Shown piece after piece: positions 44,159 to 57,700 of a stretch of DNA of 64,000 nt; positions within the stretch are counted from its first letter, which is position 1; each line of letters starts with the position of its first letter. The position numbers were made by a program, and so were the translations under genes. Location: contig CM120640.1 in assembly GCA_051362555.1 (NCBI GenBank), positions 46,974,788 to 47,038,787 on the forward strand, read 5' to 3'. The notes under the pieces are model-generated. The model saw only the letters and a list, made by a program, of their open reading frames with translations. It searched no databases and had not been told where the DNA came from. This DNA is from Lingula anatina (Eukaryota; Animalia; Brachiopoda).

Positions 44159-45233
44159 CTGAACATCAATGAAAACTGAATTTAAAAAATTTTAAAACAA
44201 TGAATTAAAAAAATTTTTCACTGGCAGCCTGCAATGCACAACTTATTTCAAGGAAGTTGAACAGAGGTACACCCAGGTAGTAGGAGAATCCTGGCACTTG
44301 CCTTTTTTTAAATGCAAAGATAAGAAGTGCACTCATGGTTCTTCCATTCAACCATCTTGAATTTGATAACGCTCACTTTACAGCTAATCAAATATCCATG
44401 GGAGAGGTCCACCAAATTATTGGCAGTATACAGAAAATATTACTTACGCACAAATTTAGTGTTTTACATACGTCAAACCAAGAACAAATGACGTTTAACA
44501 TTAATGAGGTAGTAAGACATTATTGAATATTCCTGTCAGTCACTGACTAATAACAGAAAACACCCAAAAGCAACTGGTGTTTGGACTGTGTAATAATAGT
44601 GGGCATCCAGAACTTGACAAAGTTACTTGTGGATCATTTAAACTGGTTCATAGTACATAAATTCTACAAAACCAAAACGCATTTATAAACCATACATAAC
44701 TCACCAAAAGACCATACAGCTTAACAGCGTAGCCCTACATCGGCACAATTTATGGCTGTAGTAGAGAGATTAAAGAGGAGAGTGTACAATCCTAAACACA
44801 ACAACAGTCAGCAAAGATGTCGCATTAAGTAGACGCGGAATAATATCACATTATAATATTAAATCAGAGTACGGTTCAAGCGTCTTTATATTCTCTGTGT
44901 TAGTCCAAAATATATAATATAATACTTTAGGTAGTTGGAAAGAGATTTTATATCTTAATATTTTCTAGAAACTATATTGGAATTTGGGATTAATTTAGTT
45001 AGCGACGAAGAATAGCGTAACAAGGCACTCCATGCAAATGCGCGTATAAAAACAATACCTGTAAAATTCAACGTAATATTAAAATTGACGTTCATGCCAA
45101 CTTTTTACGTTTCCATACATAATTTTACTCATTGATTTATTTACATATTTTATATCTGTATATGTGCACTGGTGCACCATACTTTTAATCTATGTCTTGG
45201 TCGTTTGTTTTCGTGCTATGTAGAAATTAGAAG

Positions 45234-48200
45234 ATGGCAGGTCCGCAGAAGTCAGTGCTGTTTGTCTGCTTGGGTGAGTGTTTTCGCATTTTAATGTCGT
45301 ATACACGTTTATTTTAATGTAAAAGATATGACAGTCATCGCGACCGTATACCAAACACTTGATACCTCTATCAGAATACTATTTGTTCAAGATCTCGCTC
45401 AAAAAGTTTTAGTTTTCCTACGCATTACTGAAAATCTGTGTTGACCGTACGGTTCAGCGTTTACCCGTCATTTACTGGTTAGCGGTGTGTAATTATCTGT
45501 TTTTGTAATTTAGGGAATATCTGTAGATCTCCAATAGCTGAAGCTGTTTTCCGAGATGAAGTAATGTTCAAAGGATTGGAAGACCAGGTTAGTGAACCAA
45601 AGTCGATTCAAGCGTCATTTTGGGGGGTTAGGTCTTACGATTTGTTTACACTTAAATTGTGCTCGTATGTCCCTCAAACTTAAAGGTCTTTGGTTTTCAA
45701 TGTCTTCCTTATTCAGCTACGTGGTGACTTTGAACAGTATCTCTGATATTCAAATTAGTAAGCTAGGACAATTTACTCAGTGAAAACACTTTCAACATTG
45801 AAAACACTTTCCACATGTAATAACTTAAATAAGACACTTTAAGGTAGTAAGAATAAGAAAATTTCTTGAAAAAAGGTCCCTTTTTGAAAAAAAAAGTTTT
45901 AGAATTAATATAGACTGAAAAAGGTTTCTATACATAGTAGAACCACTGAATACTTGTACATGTTCCTGATCAAAAGAAAGCTGCCCGCCTCCCTTCCACT
46001 TCAAGGCCTGGTTCAGCTATCACCTATAACTAAGGCCACACTTTTTTATTTTTATGGATGACATCCTCTGGGGACCCCAAAATCGGTGCGAGCGGGTGAA
46101 AAAAAAAAAACAGTCCAAAAAAAAAAAAAAAAACTGCTTAAGATAAGTTATGTTTTCAGTACACAGCTGGAAGCACTAATTTACCACAGAAACACGTATC
46201 AAACTAACAACATGTCTTTATCCATGCTCTCAAAATATTGAAGCATTGTGAATAGGGCCTACTTCGTAGAAAGGTAAAAAGTCATGAATATATATGCTGC
46301 ATATTACCAAATCTTTTTAAGGTTATTTCATGCATTCTGTTGGTATAGCAATCAATAAAACAAATATCAAATCAACAGCGTGTCTTTATTTGTACTCTCA
46401 GAAAATTAAAATAAAGCATTGTAAACACTTCACAGAATTGTTAAAAAATGAAGCAAAGATAGGCCTATGCTTCCTACTACCAAATCTAAAAAAGGTAATT
46501 TCGGTCGATGCCATTTTGTCTACTTCGATTCACACGTAGCAGCCAACTATCGGGTGGCCTGTCCGACCTTCAGTCCACCAAATACCACGATGCTCTTGTC
46601 GACCCTTTTTTTGCTACAAAAAAACCTGGTATGTGCTGCTTTGGACAGAATGTCACTGAAATTTTCCAGACATTGATCGCTGGCCGTGGCCAGCCTTTCG
46701 TATAATTGTAAAACGGTGATATCTCCATGTCCAATATCAATGGCAAACCAATCCAAAACGACGGCCCCCGTTCTCTTTATGACTTTAATTGTCGTGTATT
46801 TTGAAATTAATGCTAGAGTTGAAATTAATGCTAGGCCATATTTCCACGTGGTGATAATACTCATGCACAGAAAGCTCATTTTCCGCACTGGGAACTACTC
46901 GGATGTCTCCGCAATCGACAATGACATTATGAGCTTGCGGAATTAGCCGAGTATTGCCGATTGCATTTTCCGGCAAATTTAATAACGACGTTTGTGACAA
47001 CCGACTTCCTTGGGGGGGGGGGGGATTTTTTTTTTTGGAGAACGGACGAAAATCGGTGCGCGCGCAGGATGTCATCCATAAAAATAAAAAAGTGTGGCCT
47101 AATGTTAGACATCAGTAACTTGAACCATCATTTTATTTTAATTGCTATGTACAGACAAAATCAAATTGATAAACATAGATATGCAGATAACATGCTTGTA
47201 CACTGAAGAAATATACATAATATGATTTTATCTTTTGTTTTACAGAAGCAAATCTATGAACAAATTTGCCACATAGATATGATGACACTTTTTGTTTATT
47301 ATTTTTATTATTTTATTTATTTATTATTATTATTATTATTTTATTATTATTATTTATTTATTTTATTTATTTTTTTTTTTGCATTTTTGAAAATGGATAA
47401 TGCTGTTGGTTTCAACTTTGGTTTCAGAGGGAATGTATATACCCCTGTACTGTTTATGGAATTTTGTTTAAAAATTCATGGCATTCTCAGTTTTAACAGC
47501 CACCAATCTAGTAAACTACAAACTGAGAAATATATTCAGCAATGCTTTTTCTTCACTTGGCAGTTAATTTTTATTTGAACTGCTTGCATTCTGATTATTT
47601 TCTAATCTTGAAACAGTGCTATTTTGACCTGTGGCATAAATAGCCCCATATCTTTATTTTAAAAATATGATATACTATTATATATATGTGTGTGTTTAGG
47701 ACATGAATAAATGTAAAAACCCTATGTGCAATTTGTTAGTGAAGATTCTGGAGCCTTGCTAATAGCCCGACTGTCAGTCATTGTGTCTCGAATTAAATCA
47801 TTGTGCAATAATTTTAGACACCCATCATTCTTATTGCAATATACTAGTACCCATTGTTTAAGACAAACAATACCTGTACTCCTAAGTGATTGCATACAGG
47901 GTGCTCATCTGTTTATACATAGTTCTAAACAAAATTCAGAGAAAAATATAAGAGGTCAGCTAGAAGATTCCACAATAAACGGTCATTATGCTTAAAATTT
48001 CAAAATATTTTTTTACTGTTGCCAAACTTATGAAGTATAAAAAATTTGAGGGCAAAGAATGCAAACAGTTGGTGGTTGACTGCATGGGTAGGGAGGTCAG
48101 TTTTATGCTATAAGTGTATTTTACCAGCATTTTTTGTGCGACAAGTGTGTATATGTAAATTCCTTTGTGAGTGCATGCAGTTTAGGGCATGTACAAGTAT

Positions 48201-50517
48201 ATGTTTGTTTTTCATTCAAATTTGTTTTATCTACCAGTAGATAAATGTCTTTTTGGTTGAAAATTAACTGTTAGCTTGTATTTCATGTTGTGGCAGCTTG
48301 TACAGTTGGTTATAGACCAGTCTGACATTTTTCTTCTACCTTCCTTGGTATTTATGATATAGAGGAACTCTCTTCTTTGTACAACAATAGCAATTTTTGC
48401 TCATTTATGTAGAAATGTGCGTTTTTCAGATTTTTTAGCATACACAATGCACAATGTTGCACTTCCTCCTTTGGTTTTGAGGCTGTGAGTTTAACTACAA
48501 TCATCTCATGGATGCTTTATTTTTAAATTTTATTTATTTATTTATTTATTTATTATTATTATTAATTAATTAATTTTTTTTGCTATTGACTCAGTATTGT
48601 GTATGTGCTTGAAAAAAACTGCTATACATGCTCTCAATTCAAATGCAACAAGCAACATTATCTATTGATGTGTGAGCAAACGACTGAGCCTGCCTTGCTT
48701 TGTACCAGTACATGTATTGTTTACTTCAGTGGGTGGTAGACAGTGCTGGGACATCTGACTGGAATATTGGGAGTTCCCCTGATTCCAGAGGTATAGATTG
48801 CTTACATCGTTATGGCAAGTCTTCTAACCACATAGCCAGGCAGGTTAGTCTTCTATTCTAACAGGCTTATTATTCTAACATGCATGAGGTATTGGATTGA
48901 ATTGCAATTATCATGAAATTTATATCATACCATCCTCTTAAACCTCTATTTGTTAGTCTTCTGCAAAGTTTATTAGATTAATTATAATATTTTAAAATAT
49001 TTATTTAAAAAAAAAAAGGCTCTTAGGCTAGTTTGTCTTTTTCATTTTTTTACCATGCAAGTTAACTTCATTTTTTAAACAGAAAAAAAACTAGAAATAG
49101 AACATTTCAGAATGTGCCAGCAAAAATGCATAAAATGCACACATGTATAAAAAATCAAATATAAGTTGTGATAAAAGATATGGTATGATACATGTAAAGT
49201 GATAATTGCAAAACAATTCTAAGTTCTGTTAAATAGTAACATAATTACTGTTACACAGGTAATTATTTTAAAAATCTTCTAGTGGCTAATAGACAGCTGT
49301 GGTATTGGACATTGGCATATTGGTGAGAAACCAGACAAGAGAGCAAGAGAGTGTTTAAAACAACACAAACTTGAGACTTACCATCGTGGTAGACAGGTAT
49401 AAAAGAAAATTACTTGCGGTCATTTAGTTTATTCAAATATCTTTTTTTTTTAAACAGAATTCATGATGTTATGCAACTTTTATTTGGCATGCATTATTTT
49501 GGAAGACAGGACAAATATAACTCTTTTAGTTGTAGAAGTATGGCCTTTTATGTCAAATTGTTCCTTGTAAATAACCAACTGACGAGGAGGAAAAATATTT
49601 AGTGAAAAGTATTAAATGGAATTAAAGCAAAATATAATTTTGCTTTTTGTCCACAAGAAAAACCATTAATTTTTTATTTAATATTACATACTATTACTAT
49701 TAAAATTGGAGTTTGTTTTTTCAGCTGGAGAAAGCAGACTTCAGCAAATTCCAATACATCCTAGGAATGGACGAAAATAATATAAAGTTTGTTGCACCCA
49801 TGGGAATTCTTTTATTTATTCTTAAATATATATTTAATTTTATTCTTTTATTCTCAGAATTATAGCATTATTGATAAAACTTGCAACTTTTCATCCAGCT
49901 TAGTTTAAAATCGAAATTAACATCTTTTTTCATTGAAAAAAATAAGGTTGTATATTTTGAAATTAAAAATACATAATTGCATGTTACTCCCTCTGTTCCT
50001 TTTTAAAATGAAATTTATGTTTGCAGAGAAATAAAGAAAAAAATGCCCAAGGACAGCACAGCAACAGTGAAACTTTTAGGGGAATATGACCCAGAAAAAC
50101 AGCTGATTATAGTGGACCCATACTATGTGAGTCAGTGTTTTCATATTTATATAGTTATACAAGTATTAAAATTTTTAGTTAAAGTGTCATTAAATTTTTC
50201 TGCAATGATATATTCTCAAAAGTTATGTGCATTCAAATGAAATTTGTGCAGACCTTGAACATAAAGATTCTGTCTAACATTTCATATTTTTGTTTCATGT
50301 TATAGTTTTTATTAGTTTGTTGAAAAGTAAGAACATCAGAGTTGTTTTAGTTGTGTATTGTTTGTGTGCATGTGTGTTCTGAATTCGGTGTCAGTCTTTC
50401 ATTTAGATGAGTCAATTTTTTGGTGTTCTCTAGGGAGGGGAAGATGGCTTTGAGAGAGTATATCAGCAGGTGTTGAGATGTTGTAAAGCTTTTCTAGAAG
50501 AGGCCATGGCAGCCTAG
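45234..50517 (+). CDS. ACP1: Low-molecular-weight protein tyrosine phosphatase (LMW-PTP) with two alternative third exons
   Basis: Exons 45234-45273, 45514-45587, [48730-48843 or 49283-49396], 49725-49786, 50027-50126 and 50434-50517. Motifs: P-loop [35 protein letters not shown], general acid IVDPYYGG, FERVYQQV.RCCKAFL. Confidence 0.97.
46034..47099. mobile_element. PIF/Harbinger-type non-autonomous DNA transposon in ACP1 intron 2
   Basis: Perfect 34-bp TIR ggccacacttttttatttttatggatgacatcct, with TAA on both sides (46031-46033, 47100-47102). Confidence 0.9.
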
Positions 50518-50533
50518 AAGAGAGATACACATG

Positions 50534-50633
50534 GTGGCTTTAAGAGGGTATACACTGTATCAGCAGGTTTCTAGACGTCATAAAGCTGTTCTAAAAAAAA
50601 AGGCATATGGCAGCCTAGATGAGTGATACACAT
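50534..50633 (+). repeat. Degenerate tandem copy of the ACP1 last coding exon in its 3' UTR
   Basis: tggctttaagagggtata..tatcagcaggtt..taaagctgttcta..atggcagcctagatgagtgatacacatg parallels 50444-50533. Confidence 0.8.
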
Positions 50634-51733
50634 GAATCAGCAACTGTGATGCTTGTGGTAGCTCAGAGAAAGCTTGATCCAATGCTGTATAGCTGAAACC
50701 AATAATTCCTGCTTTTAAAGGAAAAAGAAGAAATTTTCTTTGGTTTTCAGGTAATTGAGCAAAAGTTCAAGGACAAGATTATAAAGATCATGCATATTAA
50801 ATAATGGTGTACCGTTTCACATTAAAGAAGAACGATTCTTATATAGTTGAATCAAATTTGTGCATTGCATATTGTCCTTTTTGCTTCTTTCTTGTTGCTT
50901 TTACTGTTTAATAAAGTTATAATTTACAAGTTTTGCCCGCCAAAACAAATATTCTTCAAAGAAAATTTTTTGTCCTACTTGCATATCATGGCTCAATTAA
51001 CTTTTATTTAAGGAGTTTTTCATCTTTAAGGTCTGGATGGAAGATATAAAAAGTTTTGCAGGATAAAGAAATTATGTGGGCAAAAACCCTTACCATTTTA
51101 ATATATTTCATTTTATATTTTCTCCTTCACATTAACCTTGTTCATATATATATTTTTGCAACTAAAGTCAAGGCATAGATACTCTAAAGTGCAATCTGTA
51201 TTCTAGCATTCATATTGAATAATGCTTCCTGCTAGCTGGTTGAAATATCTTGCAGTGTGATCCTTTTTCAATTATTTTAAAGTGGTAAATGAGCGGCAAA
51301 GTTGGCAGTTTCATTAATCTTTTTAGCATTGTGCAACTGCATTCAATACATTATGGTAGTAATGCAGCCCCTGCATTAGTGCTGGTAGGAATAATTGTTC
51401 AAATATAGGTGCCATAACAGGGGCGGATCTAGATTTATTTCCTGACAGTCTTTCATATTATCTTTGTTGATCCATTCTCCATTTTTGACCAAAAAAAAAA
51501 AAAAAAGATAGATACCCGTCAATGTAAACATGGAAACCCAGAAGACAGCCTCAATCCGCACCTGCCATGAGGCCATAACTGTAGTGAACATAAAACTAAA
51601 CTTTAAAAGAAAAATCAATTTGAATTCTGTTTTAATTCATGCCATCTTGCATTTTGTCAATGTTAAATGCATAATGCTCATCAAGATATTAAAAACATCT
51701 AAATTCAGGAATGTTCTTGTTGGTTTTTTCTTC

Positions 51734-54700
51734 TTAGCCTATGTTCTTAATAGCAGTAATCAGCTGGGTCCACAAATCCCCCAGATCAGACTTGTAGACT
51801 TCAACCACCTCCTTCAGCTCCTTCAACTTCTCTTCTCCAGCTTCTTGAGTATGGTTAAGAACCTGGTAATAAACCATGGGAATATAAATGTACTATATAT
51901 TGAAAAAAGAAGCCCCTGTATGATAATGCAGAAGATGTTATATTTTGAGAATTAGAATGGCTACGGTAATGTGCCAAGCATTTCGACCGGCCCAGTCAAT
52001 CCGACCAAAAAAATTATATTATAAAATTAATTTTTCTGGGCTCAAACATTTAGTCCATACGTCAAAATCATGCGACAGAATTTTTTTCTTGTTCCGATTG
52101 TTCGACCACATCGTCGGCAAGACTCGGTAAATTTTCAAGCCAGTCATATAGATGCTGCATGCCGGGCCCTTTGTCAATTGTTGTCCCTTCAATAGCTCTC
52201 GTCAATGAGGAAGAAACTATTAATTGAAGATCTAATCTGGAAGCATGACTTACCTGTCATTTTCTTTGTCCCCGATGACAAAATAGTGTTATAGACATAC
52301 AATTTGTGCTAATTAAGCAGACTTGCTCTCGCTGACTGATTCATCACGCCCGTAACTGGGGAAGGGGGGGTTAAAAAAGGTCCATTCTTGATGAAACCAA
52401 ATATCGACAGTGGGTAGAATACGTCGTAAACACCTTCATATAGACCATATATAGCGTTTGCTAGCAATAAAAACTTTGGGAAGAATAAGCAATTTATTTT
52501 CAAGTTTGATTGAAATATATATGCAGATGGGGAAACGTTCTTGAAGTCAACACCGCAAGATCTTACATTTACTACAATCGACCGAAAGATCAGCGGGATC
52601 GACCGCCCAGACTTCTTGGCGCCAAATACCACGCGCTGTCAAAATCTGACGAACACGTGTAGCTGTTCACCTACATGGATAACTGATTTGTCAACAATAA
52701 AAATGACGTCTTCCTTAACTCCATGAGAGCTTCATAGAGAGTTCCACTGGATATTTACGTTACCTGTGAGTCACTTTTTATTTCCCCAGATGCATGAAAT
52801 GTTGATGATATTTAGCGTAATCCACGAAGAACTCCATTCCTGTGACCCCCCTCCCCCAAAATGGGACCGTCTTCATTAACACGTGGTTTGCGCTATGCTA
52901 GACCAGACCAGATAAGACCAGTCTCATTTCTGCATGTGCTCAATGATTCTCGCGTCAAACTATAAATGCACTTGTTTTGTGAAAATTATGGCAATTAAAT
53001 GCTTATTTTACGTTCGGGTTGTATCAGTGGGGTTTTCAATATGCACCGTGGTTTGTGCACAGCGAGAGTATATAATTAAGAAAATCGGAAGAGTGCCAGC
53101 AAGATAGGCCTACTGTATGTCTATCGGCACAGGTAGGCTCCGTATTTTGCCTTTTCTCAATATGTTTTAATATGACATGCTTTTTAAATAAAATACTTAT
53201 AAGTAATTTGAAGTTACACTGAATTCCGTTTGAGTACCAGTTGGTATTCTTTGATACGGGTGATTGAATTTTCTTTGGAAGTACGTCTACGCCTCGACGC
53301 TGAGCAAGCCTTGCGGGTTGAAAACAACTGATCTCAGACTGGTAAAAAATTTCAATTCGGTTGATTTCAGTTGTCATATCAAAATTCAAATAAGGCGTAC
53401 GTAGATCACATAACTAGTTTAAGTCTACTAAAGCTACCGGTTTCAAATATAAGTGACCGGCCTTTGTTTACAACACCTGTCTCTGGGGAAATACTCGTCC
53501 CACTCGTGAAGCGCATCATGAAAATGATCGTAGGTGAGGGAAATATATAATTAGAAATTATAATTGTCATCTTTTTTAATGTTAAGTAATGTTAGCACAT
53601 ATTGTACGCAGCAAAATAAGATTTTAAAAGGAGGATAAAACAAGCCTGAAACACGTGTTAGGCGAAAATTGCGGCTTATCTTGCGTAACACTTCCGGTAA
53701 AATGCAATACTTCCGGAAAGATGGACGTTTTGGCAGATGCCCCTAACAATCCGACAATATCAAAGGTTTCCATTTGCTGTATTTTAATCAATTCGACAAA
53801 ACTGACATTTCCATGAAATTAATTAATTAATCTTGGTCGAATTGTTTGGCATATTACCGTAAGGTGTGGGATGACTCTGGGACAACATAATATGGCATGA
53901 CAGCATGATGGAATTAAATATAATAACAAAAAAGTCTATGCTTAAAATAAGATTTTACCCAAATAAAATGTTAATCACAGGATAAATACAAATACCAGAT
54001 TTTTTTTACTGTTTTGAATATTTAGATGTTACAAAAATTAATACCTAAGCTAGGCCCAAACATAACACTTAGTCTATGTTATATTGGGTCCTAGACCTAA
54101 GATTACATGTCTTAAAAATGATTCAAACAAGCACAAAGTATACTTACTGTCGCAGTCATCAGCTTGATGTTATCCAAGTGTCCTCTGGCTTCATCCACTC
54201 CTGCCCCAAGTTTTTCTTTGACGAAGGCAGCAAGGTCATCGTATTTACCCTTGAACTTTGCAAATACTGACTGCAAGCTGTCCACGAATTTTGCCCAAAG
54301 GGCTCTAGTTGCCCGTTTTCCTGAAATTATAAAAAATGCAATTAAAAATAAATGACAATGGGGAAAATCACAGTAAGGGACATGCTACAGCTGCTTTGTT
54401 ACCAGTTTTCCATTTTGTAATGAAAAAAAAAAATTTTTTTTCTGGTTGCCGTTTAGATAGACCCGTTGATGGGCGTAGGATTTTTAGTGAGGTGCACGTG
54501 GGATGGGGATGGCGGATGTTCAAGGGTTATGCGTTTCAGGTTTAGAGACATTTTTAAGCTTAAAGAAACCAAGAGTTGGGCATCTTTTCACAAAATTCTG
54601 CTGTGGAAGGGGTATTATTGGTAGTTTGCTTACTTATGTGATTGGGACAAATATTAAACTTTACATTTATTTTTGCAAACATTGTCCTTTAAAATTAGTT

Positions 54701-57700
54701 TCAAAACCATTGTGCAATTACTAAAACAACGGCTATGTTTATATTGTTATAAAGTCTTAAATATATTGTAATTTTGTCTGATTTATAAAATGGAAATAAA
54801 ACTAGAAGATATGCCAATCAAGTAAACACATTGTAGTAAATCTATACAACAAAAACCAAAACATACCGAAAATTCCCTTGAAAAACCCGAAAAAGTTGTC
54901 AAACATAGATTTAAATGCTTTATAGAAGTTCTCTCTAATGCCCTGTAATTGTTGAAGAGTGTTTTCGATGGCAGTCTTGGCGTCAGCTGTGAGTTTGCTA
55001 AGGATGATTTCGGCGTCGTTGTAAGCTCCTCTGCCTTCTTCCTTCAACATTTCGGTGTAGTTAGCGATCTTCTGCAGCATGTCGTCAGTAACCTGAAGAA
55101 AGATCGATGTTAGGCGATCTATGCGATCATTTCTTAAAACTATGTATTGTTTCTTATTTGTTCTTTATAGACTAAGTGTTAGCTGTTCTGAAAACAGAAA
55201 TGAAGGAATATGAAAAATAACAGATTTATAATCAACAGTCAAAAAGGAAGAGCATAATGTTTCATAAGTCGCAGCACTTTTTTTTGTTGAAGTATAATTT
55301 TAAATGCTTATAACAACAACTAAGATACCTTAGCTCTTAAAACAACAAAATATGTAAAACGTTAACGAAAACTATTCCTCGATAACCGAAAGTCAAAAAG
55401 AGAATATGTTGATGATAAGTCGAAAGTATTAAATGCAAAAGTCGTATATAAATGTGTTTAGTTCATAAATCCCACAGCGTGTCATGGCAAACACTGCACA
55501 CATGATACCTGCTTTCCGTGTGCAACGGCTTCGTTTATTTGGTTAACAGTTGTCTGGAGAGCAGACTCCAAATCCTTTCCAAGCTTGGTCTGCACAGCAC
55601 GAAGGACGCTGCAAAGCAAAATGTTTTAAAGTGATAAAACACTTATAGCCTTTAATATTTATACGCTAGTAACTTCACAACTATTTGATTATGTTCAGAA
55701 ATAGTTAAAATATTTTATAAGGCGACAAAACCTCATTTACCCCTCACCCCCTGTCACAGATAATATTAAAAAGAGGACAAGGATTTATAGTTCTTGTTCC
55801 GGTGTAACAGTAATCCAAGTCCCCCAGGAACCGAGGTCCTACGGACCCCGGTTCCTGGTAATGGTTGTCCGTAGGACTACCATTACTTGGGAATAGTAGT
55901 CCTACTGGGACTTGCGTTCCTGGCCATAATTATAGTAGGTAGGACTTGTATTACTGTCGGACTTTTATTCCTGTTACAGTAATGTAAGTCCGGTCATTTG
56001 AAAGTCCTATCCTTATGCAATAATAAAGTTAAATGATTATAATTATAAACTATATGAAAATCCTTCTGATGAGCCATATATAAAACAAAAAATGGGGAGT
56101 CCGCAACTTCAGCTCGTTTGTGTAGTGGTTACCGTGCAAGACCTTCAGGTAAGTATTCATGGAATTCCCTATTACAGGCTTGGGTTCGAGACCTGCTTTT
56201 GACATGACCTCACCTCCCACCCCCTCCTGGGATAATTTCTTGTTGCTTACTGTTTGTTGGTGTTTGTAATGTATAATATTCTAAATTATTACACTTGCAA
56301 CTGTTTTTTGTTTTGTTTTTAATCTCAAAGCGCAAAAATACCAAAGGTATATTACAGAACATTATATATAATTTCAAATTCTTGTCTTAAATCCTCTATC
56401 CAAGAGCAAATTCCATCGAGTTTGGGGTTATTTTTCAATTTCTGCGATTGTAAACCGAAAAATTAATCTAAGAACGGAGATCTCGTGTTTTGTGTAAAGT
56501 GATTTTCCCCTCATTTGAAGGCCTAAGAAGGTCAATGACACGTGTACAAATATGCGTTTACAACAAGAAAAATACACAAAATAAAACAAATGAAGAGAAG
56601 CTATGGGAACCGTGTTTTTTTTGTTACTTCATTAATATGCATTTAAACTGCCTATCGGAAAATAAAAAAATCGTAAAATATTAAAATAAAATGAAATAAA
56701 GCAAACGTTTAAGATATCTTTAAATCTAGTATATCTCTGTATCTATTTATTCATGTCATTTCTCGGTGTAAACTATATAGGACGTGCATTACTACACGTA
56801 GGACTTGCATAACTTGGGAGCCTTAGTCCTACGGACATTGAATCCTAGTAATGTATGTCCTAGGACTTCCATTCCTAGCAATGCACTTGCATTCCCAGGA
56901 CTTAGTGTCCGGGCTTAAATTCTCGTAATTCTGTATGTCAAAAAATCAGAAAAATACTTACGCTCTTTTCTCTTCGTCCAAATCACGCTTGCTGATCTCA
57001 TCATCAAAAACGGATTTGAAAGCACGAATTGCAACCTGGATCTCGTCCTCAGCAGCTGAAACATTAATGACTTATATAGTAACAGCATATCAGCCGAAGT
57101 CTAGTTTTTCACGTTTTCTCCCAAACTACAACGAGCTGTTGACAACTGAGAGCTGTTAGCAATACCTTAGGGCATCGGGAAGATAGTGGCCGTCGTTTGA
57201 ATTTGATTATAACTGCTAAATTCCCTATTTGAAGGCATTTCTAGACTTCAGCAATTTCCGTAAAGGTTCGGTATGTGTGACATGTATCATATACTGTCAA
57301 GAACACTTTATCAGACAGCAGGATACGGTGGCCCATTGGTAACGTCTCGGCTGCCAAACAAGGAAAAGTGTATTCGACTCACACTCAGTCTCGTTTCTTT
57401 TTTTTAAAATTATTATTATTATTATTATTATTATAATAAAATTGTATTAATATAAAATTGTATTAATATAAAATAATTGTTGATAATTCTTTTTGCACCT
57501 GAAGGCAGGGTAGGGAAGCTGTTTTTTTATTATTGTTTTTGACCAGATTTCGGTTGAAGATGCGTGCCACAAACAAATAAAAGATCACAATTGCCATGAT
57601 AAAATATTTTGCATCATTTATAATTCACACCAAATACTGTTAACCGCATTTGTTGTTGTCAAACGCTTTAAGACATTTTTGTTAAAGTCATAAAATGTAG

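Noticed and set aside
47222-47578. 118-aa hydrophobic ORF
   Set aside because: It comes from a low-complexity (TTA/TTTA)n intronic tract.
51530-51955. 141-aa plus-strand ORF
   Set aside because: It is antisense to the last exon and UTR of the precursor gene, with no coding hallmarks.
52309-53389. Intronic ORFs of 107 and 117 aa in a CpG-richer segment
   Set aside because: No domain similarity recognised. Possibly an inserted element, but its termini could not be defined.
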